From contig JBGQCF010000005.1 in the NCBI GenBank assembly GCA_041495205.1, positions 9,343-73,342 of the forward strand: a DNA stretch of 64,000 nucleotides, written 5' to 3'. The notes beneath the pieces are model-generated. The model did not search any database. It worked only from the letters and a program-made list of their open reading frames with translations, and had not been told where the DNA came from. The first letter of the stretch is position 1. Every line of letters begins with the position of its first letter. Position numbers and translations under genes: made by a program. Below are positions 1-8,512 of this stretch, in pieces. The DNA is from Gammaproteobacteria bacterium (lineage in GTDB: Bacteria > Pseudomonadota > Gammaproteobacteria > Burkholderiales > JAHFRG01).

Positions 1-403
1 CAGCCCCGGCTTTTTTGTGCGCGTGCGCGTGCATGGCAGCGGCACCTATCCGGCGTTGCTGGTTTCAGACGCGGCGATCGGCGCGGACCAGGAGAAAAAG
101 TTTGTTCTGGTCGTGAATGGCGACAACGTGGTGGAATATCGCGCGGTGAAACCGGGCCCTTTTATTGATGGCCTGCGCGTCATCCGTGAGGGGTTGAAAC
201 CCGGCGACTGGGTGATTGTGAATGGCCTGCAGCGTGTGCTCCCAGGGGTCAAGGTGAACACGGAGAAGGTCGCTATGGCGAGCCTCGCGAAAGGGCGTGG
301 TGCGAACGCGGCGGCGACAGACGGCGAAAAATTGCCGCCCAAGAAGCAGGACGATATGGAAAAAGCGACGCCTAAGAAACAGAAAGCGGGAGCTCGTCAG
401 TGA
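1..403 (+). CDS. RND efflux periplasmic adaptor (membrane fusion protein), C-terminal fragment; 5' end lies outside the window
   Basis: The ORF is open to the window edge. The adaptor-like C-terminus reads ...GDWVIVNGLQRVLPGVKV.... Its stop overlaps the permease start (GTGA at 400-403). Confidence 0.7.
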   Translation, partial: SPGFFVRVRVHGSGTYPALLVSDAAIGADQEKKFVLVVNGDNVVEYRAVKPGPFIDGLRVIREGLKPGDWVIVNGLQRVLPGVKVNTEKVAMASLAKGRGANAAATDGEKLPPKKQDDMEKATPKKQKAGARQ

Positions 404-3400
404 AGTTCGCGCACTTTTTCATTGACCGGCCGATTTTCGCCGCGGTCCTATCGATTATTTTCGTGCTTGTCGGCACCATCGCGCTGTTCCAGCTGCCGGT
501 GGCGCAACTCCCCAATGTCGCTCCGCCCACGATCGTGGTCAACGCGAGCTACCCCGGCGCCAACGCTGTGACGGTGGCCCAAACCGTGGCGACTCCCATC
601 GAGCAGGAAGTGAATGGGGTCGAAAACATGCTTTACATGTCGTCGCAGTCCACCAGCGACGGGCAGATGAACCTCACCGTCACGTTCAATCTCGGTACCG
701 ATCTCAACCAGGCACAGGTGCTGGTGCAAAACCGGGTGGCGATCGCGGAACCGAGACTTCCGGCGGAAGTGCGGCAGAACGGCATCACCACCAAGAAGCG
801 CTCCCCCGATCTCACCATGGTGGTGCATCTGCTGTCGCCGGACAATACCTACGACCAGCTCTACGTGGGGAACTACGCTTATCTGCAGCTGAAGGACGTG
901 CTGGCGCGCGTCCCCGGCGTGGGTGACGTGCTGGTGTTCGGCGCGCGCGACTACAGCATGCGCATCTGGCTTGACCCAGGCAAAGTGGCGCAACGAAACC
1001 TGACCGCTACCGACGTCGTCAACGCCATCAGAGAGCAGAACGTGCAGGTAGCGGCAGGCGTCATCAACCAGCCGCCGGCGCCGAATACTCACGAGCTTCA
1101 GCTCACGGTCAACACCCTGGGCCGGCTGTGGACCGAAGAGCAGTTCGGCGACATCATCATCAAGTCCGGCAACGAGGGCGAGGTCACGCATCTGCGCGAC
1201 ATCTCACGCATTGAGCTTGCCGCGCGCGACTACTCCGTCAACAGCTACCTCGGCGGCAAGCCCGCCGCTGCGCTGGTGATATTCCAGCTTCCTGGCACTA
1301 ATTCGCTGGAGACTGCCAAGGCGGTGCGCGCCACCATGCAGAAACTCAAAGAGCGCTTCCCCAAGGGCCTCGACTACCGCATCGTTTACGACACCACGCT
1401 TTTCGTCCAGGAATCCATTCGCGCGGTGATTGAGACACTGATCGGGGCTATCCTTCTGGTGGTGATGGTGGTGATCGTGTTTCTGCAGACCTGGCGCGCT
1501 TCCATCATCCCCTTGCTTGCGGTGCCGGTCTCCCTTATTGGCACCTTCGCCGCCATGGCGGCGTTCGGGTTTTCGCTCAACAACTTGTCGCTGTTCGGGC
1601 TGGTGCTCGCAATCGGCATCGTGGTGGACGATGCCATCGTGGTGGTGGAGAACGTCGAGCGCAACATCGCGCTGGGGCTTACTCCGAGGGAGGCCACATT
1701 CAAGGCGATTGACGAGGTGGCCGGGCCGGTGATTGCGGTCGCGGTGGTGCTCGCCGCCGTGTTTGTCCCCACCGCATTCATCAGCGGATTGAACGGCCAG
1801 TTTTACCGCCAGTTCGCACTGACCATCGCGGTGTCTACCGTGATTTCCGCCTTCAATTCTCTCACGCTGAGCCCCGCCTTGTGCGCGCTGCTGTTGCAAC
1901 CGCATGGCGCAAAAAAGGATTGGTTCACACGTTTTCTGGACCGCATCCTCGGCTGGTTTTTCCATTCATTCAACTGGGCGTTTGAACGCAGCAGAAACGG
2001 GTACACGCGCGTGGTCGCGCGTGTGATCAGGATGAGCGCCATCATGCTGGTCATTTATGCGGGGCTGCTTGGCGCCACCTGGCTGGGCTTTGCCAAAGTG
2101 CCCACCGGCTTCATCCCATCCCAGGATCAGGGCTACCTCATCACCTACATTCAACTTCCCGACGCGGCCTCGCTTGCGCGCACCGACGCGGTGGTGCAAC
2201 GCGTGGCGGCCATTGCGCGCGAAAACCCCGGCGTGCTCAACACCGTGGAATTTGCTGGATTCGGCGTGGTGAGTTTTGCCAATACGTCCAATACAGCGAG
2301 CATTTTTTTGCCGCTCAAGCCGTTTGCCGAGCGCGAGCACGATCCTAATCTCTCGGGCGAGAAAATCGCTGCCACGCTGCGCGAAAAATTGAGCGTGATC
2401 CAGGACGCGTTCGTTGGCGTGTTCTTACCGCCTCCGGTGCGCGGCGTGAGCACACTGGGGGGCTTCAAGATGCAGATTCAGGACCGGGGCGGTGCCGGCC
2501 TGCAAGCGCTGCAGGCGGCCGCGCAAAAACTCGCGGATGCCGCCAATCATCAGCCCGAACTGCAAGGCGTGTTCACCAGCTTCCGCGCCAACACGCCTCA
2601 GCTCTACCTGGATGTGGACCGCACCAAGGCCAAATCCATGCAGGTGCCATTGAGCGATGTTTTCAGCACGCTGCAGATTTATCTGGGCTCGCTCTACGTC
2701 AATGATTTCAATTTGTTCGGCCGCACCTACCAAGTCAGGGTGCAGGCGGACGCGCCGTTCCGCTTGAGCGCGGATGACATTCGTTTGCTCAAGACGCGCA
2801 ATGTCAAGGGCGACATGGTGCCATTGGGCACGCTGGTATCGGTCAAGGAAACGACCGGTGCGGACCGGGTGACGCGCTACAACCTGTTTCCCGCCGCGGA
2901 ACTGAACGGCAACACCGCACCCGGCTTGAGCTCCAGCCAGGCCATCGGAATCATGGATAATCTCGCAAAGAAAGAACTGCCCAGGGAATTCGGCACTGAA
3001 TGGACCGAACTGATCTTCCAGCAGATTCTCGCGGGCAACAGCGCCATCGTCATCTTTCCGCTGTCGGTGGTGTTCGTCTTCCTGGCGCTCGCTGCCTTGT
3101 ATGAAAGCTGGTCATTGCCGCTCGCGATTATTCTCATCGTGCCGATGTGTTTGTTGTTCGCCATCACCGGCGTGTGGCTGCGGGGATTCGACAATAACAT
3201 CTTCACCCAGATCGGCTTCGTAGTGCTGGTGGGTCTCGCCTGCAAGAACGCGATTTTGATCGTTGAATTCGCCAAGCAGCACCAGGACCGGGGGATGAAC
3301 CGGTTCGATGCCGCAATCGAAGCATGCAAGCTGCGCCTGCGACCCATCCTGATGACGTCTTTTGCCTTCATCTTCGGTGTTCTGCCGCTGGTATTTTCCG

Positions 3401-3618
3401 TAGGGGCCGGCGCAGAAATGCGCCAGGCATTGGGGACGGCGGTATTCAGCGGCATGCTGGGTGTGACGTTTTTTGGAATATTTTTGACTCCCGTGTTCTA
3501 TGTGGTGATCCGCAAGTTTGTCGAGCGGCGCGAGGCGCGGCTGGCGATTGCCGCCGCTACGCAGGCAGGTGGCGCGGCCCGCGATGGAGCGCCCGCCGCC
3601 AAACACGAGCCCGAATAA
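400..3618 (+). CDS. RND (HAE1/AcrB-MexB type) efflux permease
   Basis: The 1072 aa ORF starts MKFAHFFIDRPIFA, has a 12-TM architecture with two large periplasmic loops, and shows typical AcrB-family blocks (VVDDAIVVVENVER, ACKNAILIVEFA). Confidence 0.95.
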   Translation: MKFAHFFIDRPIFAAVLSIIFVLVGTIALFQLPVAQLPNVAPPTIVVNASYPGANAVTVAQTVATPIEQEVNGVENMLYMSSQSTSDGQMNLTVTFNLGTDLNQAQVLVQNRVAIAEPRLPAEVRQNGITTKKRSPDLTMVVHLLSPDNTYDQLYVGNYAYLQLKDVLARVPGVGDVLVFGARDYSMRIWLDPGKVAQRNLTATDVVNAIREQNVQVAAGVINQPPAPNTHELQLTVNTLGRLWTEEQFGDIIIKSGNEGEVTHLRDISRIELAARDYSVNSYLGGKPAAALVIFQLPGTNSLETAKAVRATMQKLKERFPKGLDYRIVYDTTLFVQESIRAVIETLIGAILLVVMVVIVFLQTWRASIIPLLAVPVSLIGTFAAMAAFGFSLNNLSLFGLVLAIGIVVDDAIVVVENVERNIALGLTPREATFKAIDEVAGPVIAVAVVLAAVFVPTAFISGLNGQFYRQFALTIAVSTVISAFNSLTLSPALCALLLQPHGAKKDWFTRFLDRILGWFFHSFNWAFERSRNGYTRVVARVIRMSAIMLVIYAGLLGATWLGFAKVPTGFIPSQDQGYLITYIQLPDAASLARTDAVVQRVAAIARENPGVLNTVEFAGFGVVSFANTSNTASIFLPLKPFAEREHDPNLSGEKIAATLREKLSVIQDAFVGVFLPPPVRGVSTLGGFKMQIQDRGGAGLQALQAAAQKLADAANHQPELQGVFTSFRANTPQLYLDVDRTKAKSMQVPLSDVFSTLQIYLGSLYVNDFNLFGRTYQVRVQADAPFRLSADDIRLLKTRNVKGDMVPLGTLVSVKETTGADRVTRYNLFPAAELNGNTAPGLSSSQAIGIMDNLAKKELPREFGTEWTELIFQQILAGNSAIVIFPLSVVFVFLALAALYESWSLPLAIILIVPMCLLFAITGVWLRGFDNNIFTQIGFVVLVGLACKNAILIVEFAKQHQDRGMNRFDAAIEACKLRLRPILMTSFAFIFGVLPLVFSVGAGAEMRQALGTAVFSGMLGVTFFGIFLTPVFYVVIRKFVERREARLAIAAATQAGGAARDGAPAAKHEPE

Positions 3619-5094
3619 ATGAAAAACATTAACGTGGCGGGCAGACCCAAATTTTCCGGATTCGTGGATTTTTCAGGGCTGCTTCGCCTGGTGAGCACTG
3701 CATATGTAGTGGCCTTGGCGGGCTGTGCGCTGGTCGGGCCTGATTACAAGAAGCCGGATATGCCGGTCGAAGAGGACTTTGCCAATGCAAACCAGGAAGG
3801 GGTGACTACGGCAAACGCTGAAGCCGCCTGGTGGAAAGGATTCAACGACGAGAACCTCAACCGCTATATTGAAGCCGCGATTTCCGCCAATCATGATTTG
3901 CGCATCGCCACGGCAAACCTGCTGGAAGCGCGGGCACTCCAGGTTCAGGTGGGTTACGATCGCTTTCCGACTGTAACTGCAGCAGCCAGCTATACCAAGG
4001 AGCGCGCAGCCAGGGACGCAACACTTCCCGGCTCGTCACGCAATAGCGGGCTTTTCCAAGCCGGTTTCGATGCGTTCTGGGAGCTTGATTTCTTCGGACG
4101 CGTGCGCCGTAACATCGAGGCTGCGACAGCGGACGTCGAGGCGGCGGAGGCGTCGCGCCGTGACGTGATGGTGAGCCTCATCGCCGAGGTCGCCCGGAAC
4201 TACTTCGAGTTGCGGGGCGAGCAGAACCAGCTGCAGGTGGCCGGGGACAATGCGAAAAACCAGCAGGAAACCCTGGATCTCACCCTCGCGGTGCTGGAAG
4301 GAGGACGGGGCACTGAACTCGATACCGCCAATGCGCGACAGCAGTTAAACACTACGCTTGCCACCATTCCACTACTTGAAGCGTCTGTCCGACGCACTAT
4401 ATATAGACTCAGCGTGCTGACCGGCCAGCCGCCGCAAGCGCTGGTCGCGGAGCTCGATGAACCTGTGCCGCTGCCTGAGTACAGCGGACCGGTTGCGCTC
4501 GGACATCCTGAAGACTTGCTGCGGCGGCGTCCCGATATCCGGGTTGCTGAAAGAAGCCTGGCGGCTGCCACGGCGCGCGTCGGGGTGGCGGTTGCCGATC
4601 TTTTCCCCCGCGTCACCTTTAATGGCAGCGTTGGATACGAAGCTCATAATCTGTCCGGGCTCGGCAGGAGCGGCAGCGATACTTATTCCATCATTCCCTC
4701 GATCAGTTGGGCGGCGTTCAACCTGGGAAGGGTGCGTGCCGGAATACGGGCTGCGGATGCGCGCACGGAAGCCAATCTTGCGTTTTACGAAAAAACCGTG
4801 CTGACCGCGCTGGAGGAAACCGAGGACGCACTCGTCAACTTCGGACGCGAGCGCGTGAGGCGCGATTATCTGCGGGCGGCAGCGGCGGCCAGCAGGGAAG
4901 CAGCGGCACTTTCGCGACAGCGCTACCAGGAAGGAATTGCCACCTTCTTGACTGAACTAGATGCCGAGCGCAGGCTGCTTGATACCGAGCAGCAGTTGGC
5001 GCAGAGCGAAACCAGCACTGCGACCGCGCTGGTGGCCGTTTATAAGGCGCTGGGTGGGGGTTGGGAAATCGAGCAGCCGCTTGCCGCGCAGTAA
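3619..5094 (+). CDS. RND efflux outer-membrane factor lipoprotein (NodT/OprM family)
   Basis: The 491 aa ORF has its ATG directly after the permease stop codon. It carries a lipobox (LAGC) followed by the PDYKKP motif and TolC-like coiled repeats. Confidence 0.9.
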   Translation: MKNINVAGRPKFSGFVDFSGLLRLVSTAYVVALAGCALVGPDYKKPDMPVEEDFANANQEGVTTANAEAAWWKGFNDENLNRYIEAAISANHDLRIATANLLEARALQVQVGYDRFPTVTAAASYTKERAARDATLPGSSRNSGLFQAGFDAFWELDFFGRVRRNIEAATADVEAAEASRRDVMVSLIAEVARNYFELRGEQNQLQVAGDNAKNQQETLDLTLAVLEGGRGTELDTANARQQLNTTLATIPLLEASVRRTIYRLSVLTGQPPQALVAELDEPVPLPEYSGPVALGHPEDLLRRRPDIRVAERSLAAATARVGVAVADLFPRVTFNGSVGYEAHNLSGLGRSGSDTYSIIPSISWAAFNLGRVRAGIRAADARTEANLAFYEKTVLTALEETEDALVNFGRERVRRDYLRAAAAASREAAALSRQRYQEGIATFLTELDAERRLLDTEQQLAQSETSTATALVAVYKALGGGWEIEQPLAAQ

Positions 5095-5306
5095 GTCGTT
5101 TAGTAATCCGCACAAGAAGTTTGGTCTTGTTTCGCTTATCCCGCACTTTTGAAAATTCAAACCGGCTGTTCCTCCGACAAATGAGCTGGCGGGTTGATTT
5201 ACCGGCTTTAGCACCAATTTAAAAGAAACTTGAGTTGAAGCGGCGAAGTAAGCATGTCTGGGGAAATCGGATCAGAAATGTAATTTACAGAAACGTTGCA
5301 GCGCCT

Positions 5307-6608
5307 TCACAGGGATCTCAAGAATTCAAGCAGCGCTTCGCGATCCGGGGTGGAAAGCCCCTGGAAGTTGCGGGTCACCGTGCTTGCTTCACCGCGGTGT
5401 CGCTGGATCGCATCGGAAAACGTGACCGATGCGCCGTCGTGCATCAATCGAGTCCGCAGCCTCACACCCCACAGAGGCGCCGTGCGCACCTTGTTTCGCG
5501 TGGCCTGCATGCGCTCAAGTGAGAAGTTCTTCCAGGAAATTTTGTACGCGTTGCGACCATAGTGTTCATCCATCGCCATGACTATCCCGTCGCCTGTTCC
5601 CACGTTGTGCAACAGAAAATCCGAGAACGGATGAAACGTTTTTTCTCCCAGTGCGTCGGGAATTTCAAAAGTGCCGCCGTTGATCATCGTTCCCGCCCGC
5701 GCGGTCGTTAGAGTGCGTGCGTGACAGGTGGAGCAGCCGACTCTGTCGAATAGCTTTGATCCCCGCTTCACTTTCAGGGTCTCCGCGAGCACGCTGTCGC
5801 GCGCCGGAGTTTTGGTGGCGCGGATAAAACGGGCAAACTTGTCCACATCATCCAACCCGTCGGCCCCGGCAGTATTGTTGGGTTCGGGCGCCGTATTGCA
5901 GAGATTGGTGACTTCGTCGGGAAACAGCCGGCTGGTGATGCCCATTTCATTCAGGTAGGCATCGCCGGAGAACGACAACAGGCTTGCTTGCTGATTCTTC
6001 CAGCCGAACCGTCCGACACCTGTGTGCCCGGGAGCTTCGACGATAGGAACGCGAAGCACCTGGCCGCAGATTTTCCCGTGGGTGCTTCGACACTGCTTGC
6101 GTGCAAGCTCAATCAGGGTCTGATCAGCGACAGCTTCAACGAACCCGTCGCCCAGAAGGTTAAGCGAGATGCGGGTTGTGCGGATGGTTTCGGATTGGGG
6201 CACGCGTTCATGAATTTCCGTATCAGGAAAATCCTCATTCGGACAGATGGCGCGGTCATTCACCAGCGATCGGCCGGTGATGATTTCGGCGCCCCGGGCA
6301 ATAGGAATCCTTGGATTTCGGAAGCGACCGTCCGGTCCGAGATGGCCGACGCGCAATTCCGTAATCTGGCTCGCGCTGCCCGATTTCGGATCCTGATGAC
6401 ACTCGCGGCAGGACTGCGCGTTGTAGAGAGGACCCAGGCCGTCCTCTACGGTCTCGACCTCGTCAAAATTTTCCTGGTCAGCCTGGTGAGTGGCCTCATC
6501 CACCATGCCGTTGCTCTTATCGTCAAATCCGGCAGGCGCTTCTGAAGGCAGTTGGGCGATCGAAGTAAGAGCAAGACATAGACCGGCAATCGCTAGCACG
6601 ATTTTCAT
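5307..6608 (-). CDS. Secreted di-haem c-type cytochrome / putative peroxidase (DUF1111-like)
   Basis: The 433 aa ORF has an N-terminal signal peptide and two CxxCH haem-binding motifs (CRECH, CSTCH). The overall pattern matches my recollection of the DUF1111 family. Confidence 0.7.
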   Translation of the reverse strand: MKIVLAIAGLCLALTSIAQLPSEAPAGFDDKSNGMVDEATHQADQENFDEVETVEDGLGPLYNAQSCRECHQDPKSGSASQITELRVGHLGPDGRFRNPRIPIARGAEIITGRSLVNDRAICPNEDFPDTEIHERVPQSETIRTTRISLNLLGDGFVEAVADQTLIELARKQCRSTHGKICGQVLRVPIVEAPGHTGVGRFGWKNQQASLLSFSGDAYLNEMGITSRLFPDEVTNLCNTAPEPNNTAGADGLDDVDKFARFIRATKTPARDSVLAETLKVKRGSKLFDRVGCSTCHARTLTTARAGTMINGGTFEIPDALGEKTFHPFSDFLLHNVGTGDGIVMAMDEHYGRNAYKISWKNFSLERMQATRNKVRTAPLWGVRLRTRLMHDGASVTFSDAIQRHRGEASTVTRNFQGLSTPDREALLEFLRSL

Positions 6609-6813
6609 GGGTTTGCTCCATTACTGCGACCAAGGGTCATGGTCATGGAAGTGTGCCGCTCGTGGTTGGGGGTGGGACGGCAGTCTGTTGGGTAAATTAC
6701 ATGGTTTTGGTTTTTGAGTCAACGCGGGAAGGTTCGACACAGAGCGATAAAATGAGGTCGAAGACAAATTAATTTTGTTTTGAACTGATATTATAACGGG
6801 CATTTGGCAATCT

Positions 6814-7344
6814 TTGTTTCACATTCCCAGAGAGTCTGTGCCTTTTGCCTATTACAAACGGTTAAACAGAGCGCAACAGCGGATTTACCGCCGCAGCGAC
6901 GGGATTCGTTCAATTCAGTTGCCGGAAACACGTTTTGATTCCTTGCTTGAGGCGCTTGAAAACAACCTCAAGTGCGATCAAACCAAGGAAGTGGAAACCG
7001 TTTGCCAGCGTATCCTCGACCGGTTGAATGCAGCGCTAAACGTCTCTGCGGCGCGGGTTAAGGTTTACGCAACGCGGCCCCACGGGCGATGGGGCGAACT
7101 CCAAGGTCTTTACACTCCGGCTGATGACCGCGATTTGGCGCAAATCGAGGTCTGGATGCGCACCGCACAGCGCCGGCAGGTCGTGGCTTTCCGAACCTTC
7201 TTGAGAACATTGTTGCACGAGCTTTGCCATCATCTGGATTACGAATTGCTGAAGCTGCCGGAGAGTTTTCACACCGAGGGCTTTTACCAACGTGAGTCGA
7301 GCCTGTTAAATCAACTCGCTCCACAGAAGCAAACAGTTGTCTAA
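6814..7344 (+). CDS. Hypothetical protein with an HExxH zinc-metalloprotease-type motif (SprT-like?)
   Basis: The 176 aa ORF contains the motif LLHELCHHLD. The TTG start is uncertain. Confidence 0.45.
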   Translation: MFHIPRESVPFAYYKRLNRAQQRIYRRSDGIRSIQLPETRFDSLLEALENNLKCDQTKEVETVCQRILDRLNAALNVSAARVKVYATRPHGRWGELQGLYTPADDRDLAQIEVWMRTAQRRQVVAFRTFLRTLLHELCHHLDYELLKLPESFHTEGFYQRESSLLNQLAPQKQTVV

Positions 7345-7390
7345 AATATTACTTTTACTACGGGTTCTCTCCCTTGGGTAAATAGATAGA

Positions 7391-7870
7391 TTGGCCGAGT
7401 TGGAAAAAATAAGGGTTCTTTTTATCTGCACGGGCAATATCTGCCGCTCGCCCACCGCGGAAGCGGTGTTCCGTCGGCGCATTCAGCAAGCGGGTCTAGA
7501 ACATGCCTTCAGCGCGGATTCGGCGGGTACCCACGATTTCAATCTCGGCAGTGCTCCTGACGTGCGGGCACAGGCAGCGGCGGAGCACAGGGGTTATGGC
7601 ATGGAAGGAATGCATGCGCGCCAGGTGACGATGGATGATTTCGAAACTTTTAATTTCATACTGGTGATGGATAAAAGCAATCTGGCGATATTGAAAAAGG
7701 CGTGCCCGCCGGAATCCCTGCACAAGCTCACGTTGGTCACGCAATTCAGCAGCAATTACCCGGGCTGGGAAATTCCCGACCCCTATTCGGGCGACAGCCT
7801 TGCTTTCGAGCGGGTACTGGACATGCTGGAGGATGCAGTGGAAGGTCTGGTCAAGCGCCTGAGCCGGTAG
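7391..7870 (+). CDS. Low-molecular-weight protein-tyrosine phosphatase
   Basis: The protein carries the P-loop CTGNICRS (C-X5-R-S) near the N-terminus and a DPY motif (IPDPYSG). Its 159 aa length is typical of the family. Confidence 0.85.
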   Translation: MAELEKIRVLFICTGNICRSPTAEAVFRRRIQQAGLEHAFSADSAGTHDFNLGSAPDVRAQAAAEHRGYGMEGMHARQVTMDDFETFNFILVMDKSNLAILKKACPPESLHKLTLVTQFSSNYPGWEIPDPYSGDSLAFERVLDMLEDAVEGLVKRLSR

Positions 7871-7888
7871 CTCGAAAGCCAGGTTTGC

Positions 7889-8497
7889 TTAAACGGGCTT
7901 GGGCAATTGGCGCACGAATTGCTCGATACCGCGCAACAACATTTCCACCGCGATCGCGGTCAGGATCAAACCCATCAAGCGCTGAAAAGCCTGAACGACG
8001 GGCTCGCCGACGAGCCGGCTGATGCGCTCGGCGAAAACGAGCACCGAGGTTGAAATGCCGAGTGCGAGGCTGAGCGCGGTTATCCAATCAGCGATGCGCT
8101 CGGGTTCTCTGGAAACCAGCAGCAATACCGTTGCGAGCGCCGAAGGACCGGCAATCGAGGGAATCGCGAGCGGAACGATGAAAGGCTCCCGGTCCATCTT
8201 GTCGCCGAAAATTCCGCCGGGGTGATGGAATATCATGCGCAGCGCGATCAAAAACAAAATCACGCCACCGGCGATTCCGAGCGAGCTTTGCGAAAGATTC
8301 AGCACGCGCATGAAAGGTGCGCCGACGAACATGAAGGCGAGCAGCACCACATAAGCGATGGCGCATTCCCTGAGAATGATGCCGAGCCTGCGCGAGCCTT
8401 CGGTATTGGCCAGCGCTGCAACAAACACCGGGATATTACCGAACGGATCAACCACCAGCAGCAACACAATGGTGGCTGAGACGAAGGAAATATCCAT
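7889..8497 (-). CDS. MarC-family (UPF0056) integral membrane protein
   Basis: The 202 aa polytopic membrane ORF has the N-terminal block VVDPFGNIPVF that is typical of the MarC family. Confidence 0.75.
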   Translation of the reverse strand: MDISFVSATIVLLLVVDPFGNIPVFVAALANTEGSRRLGIILRECAIAYVVLLAFMFVGAPFMRVLNLSQSSLGIAGGVILFLIALRMIFHHPGGIFGDKMDREPFIVPLAIPSIAGPSALATVLLLVSREPERIADWITALSLALGISTSVLVFAERISRLVGEPVVQAFQRLMGLILTAIAVEMLLRGIEQFVRQLPKPV

Positions 8498-8512
8498 GGA
8501 ACGGTTATGGCC

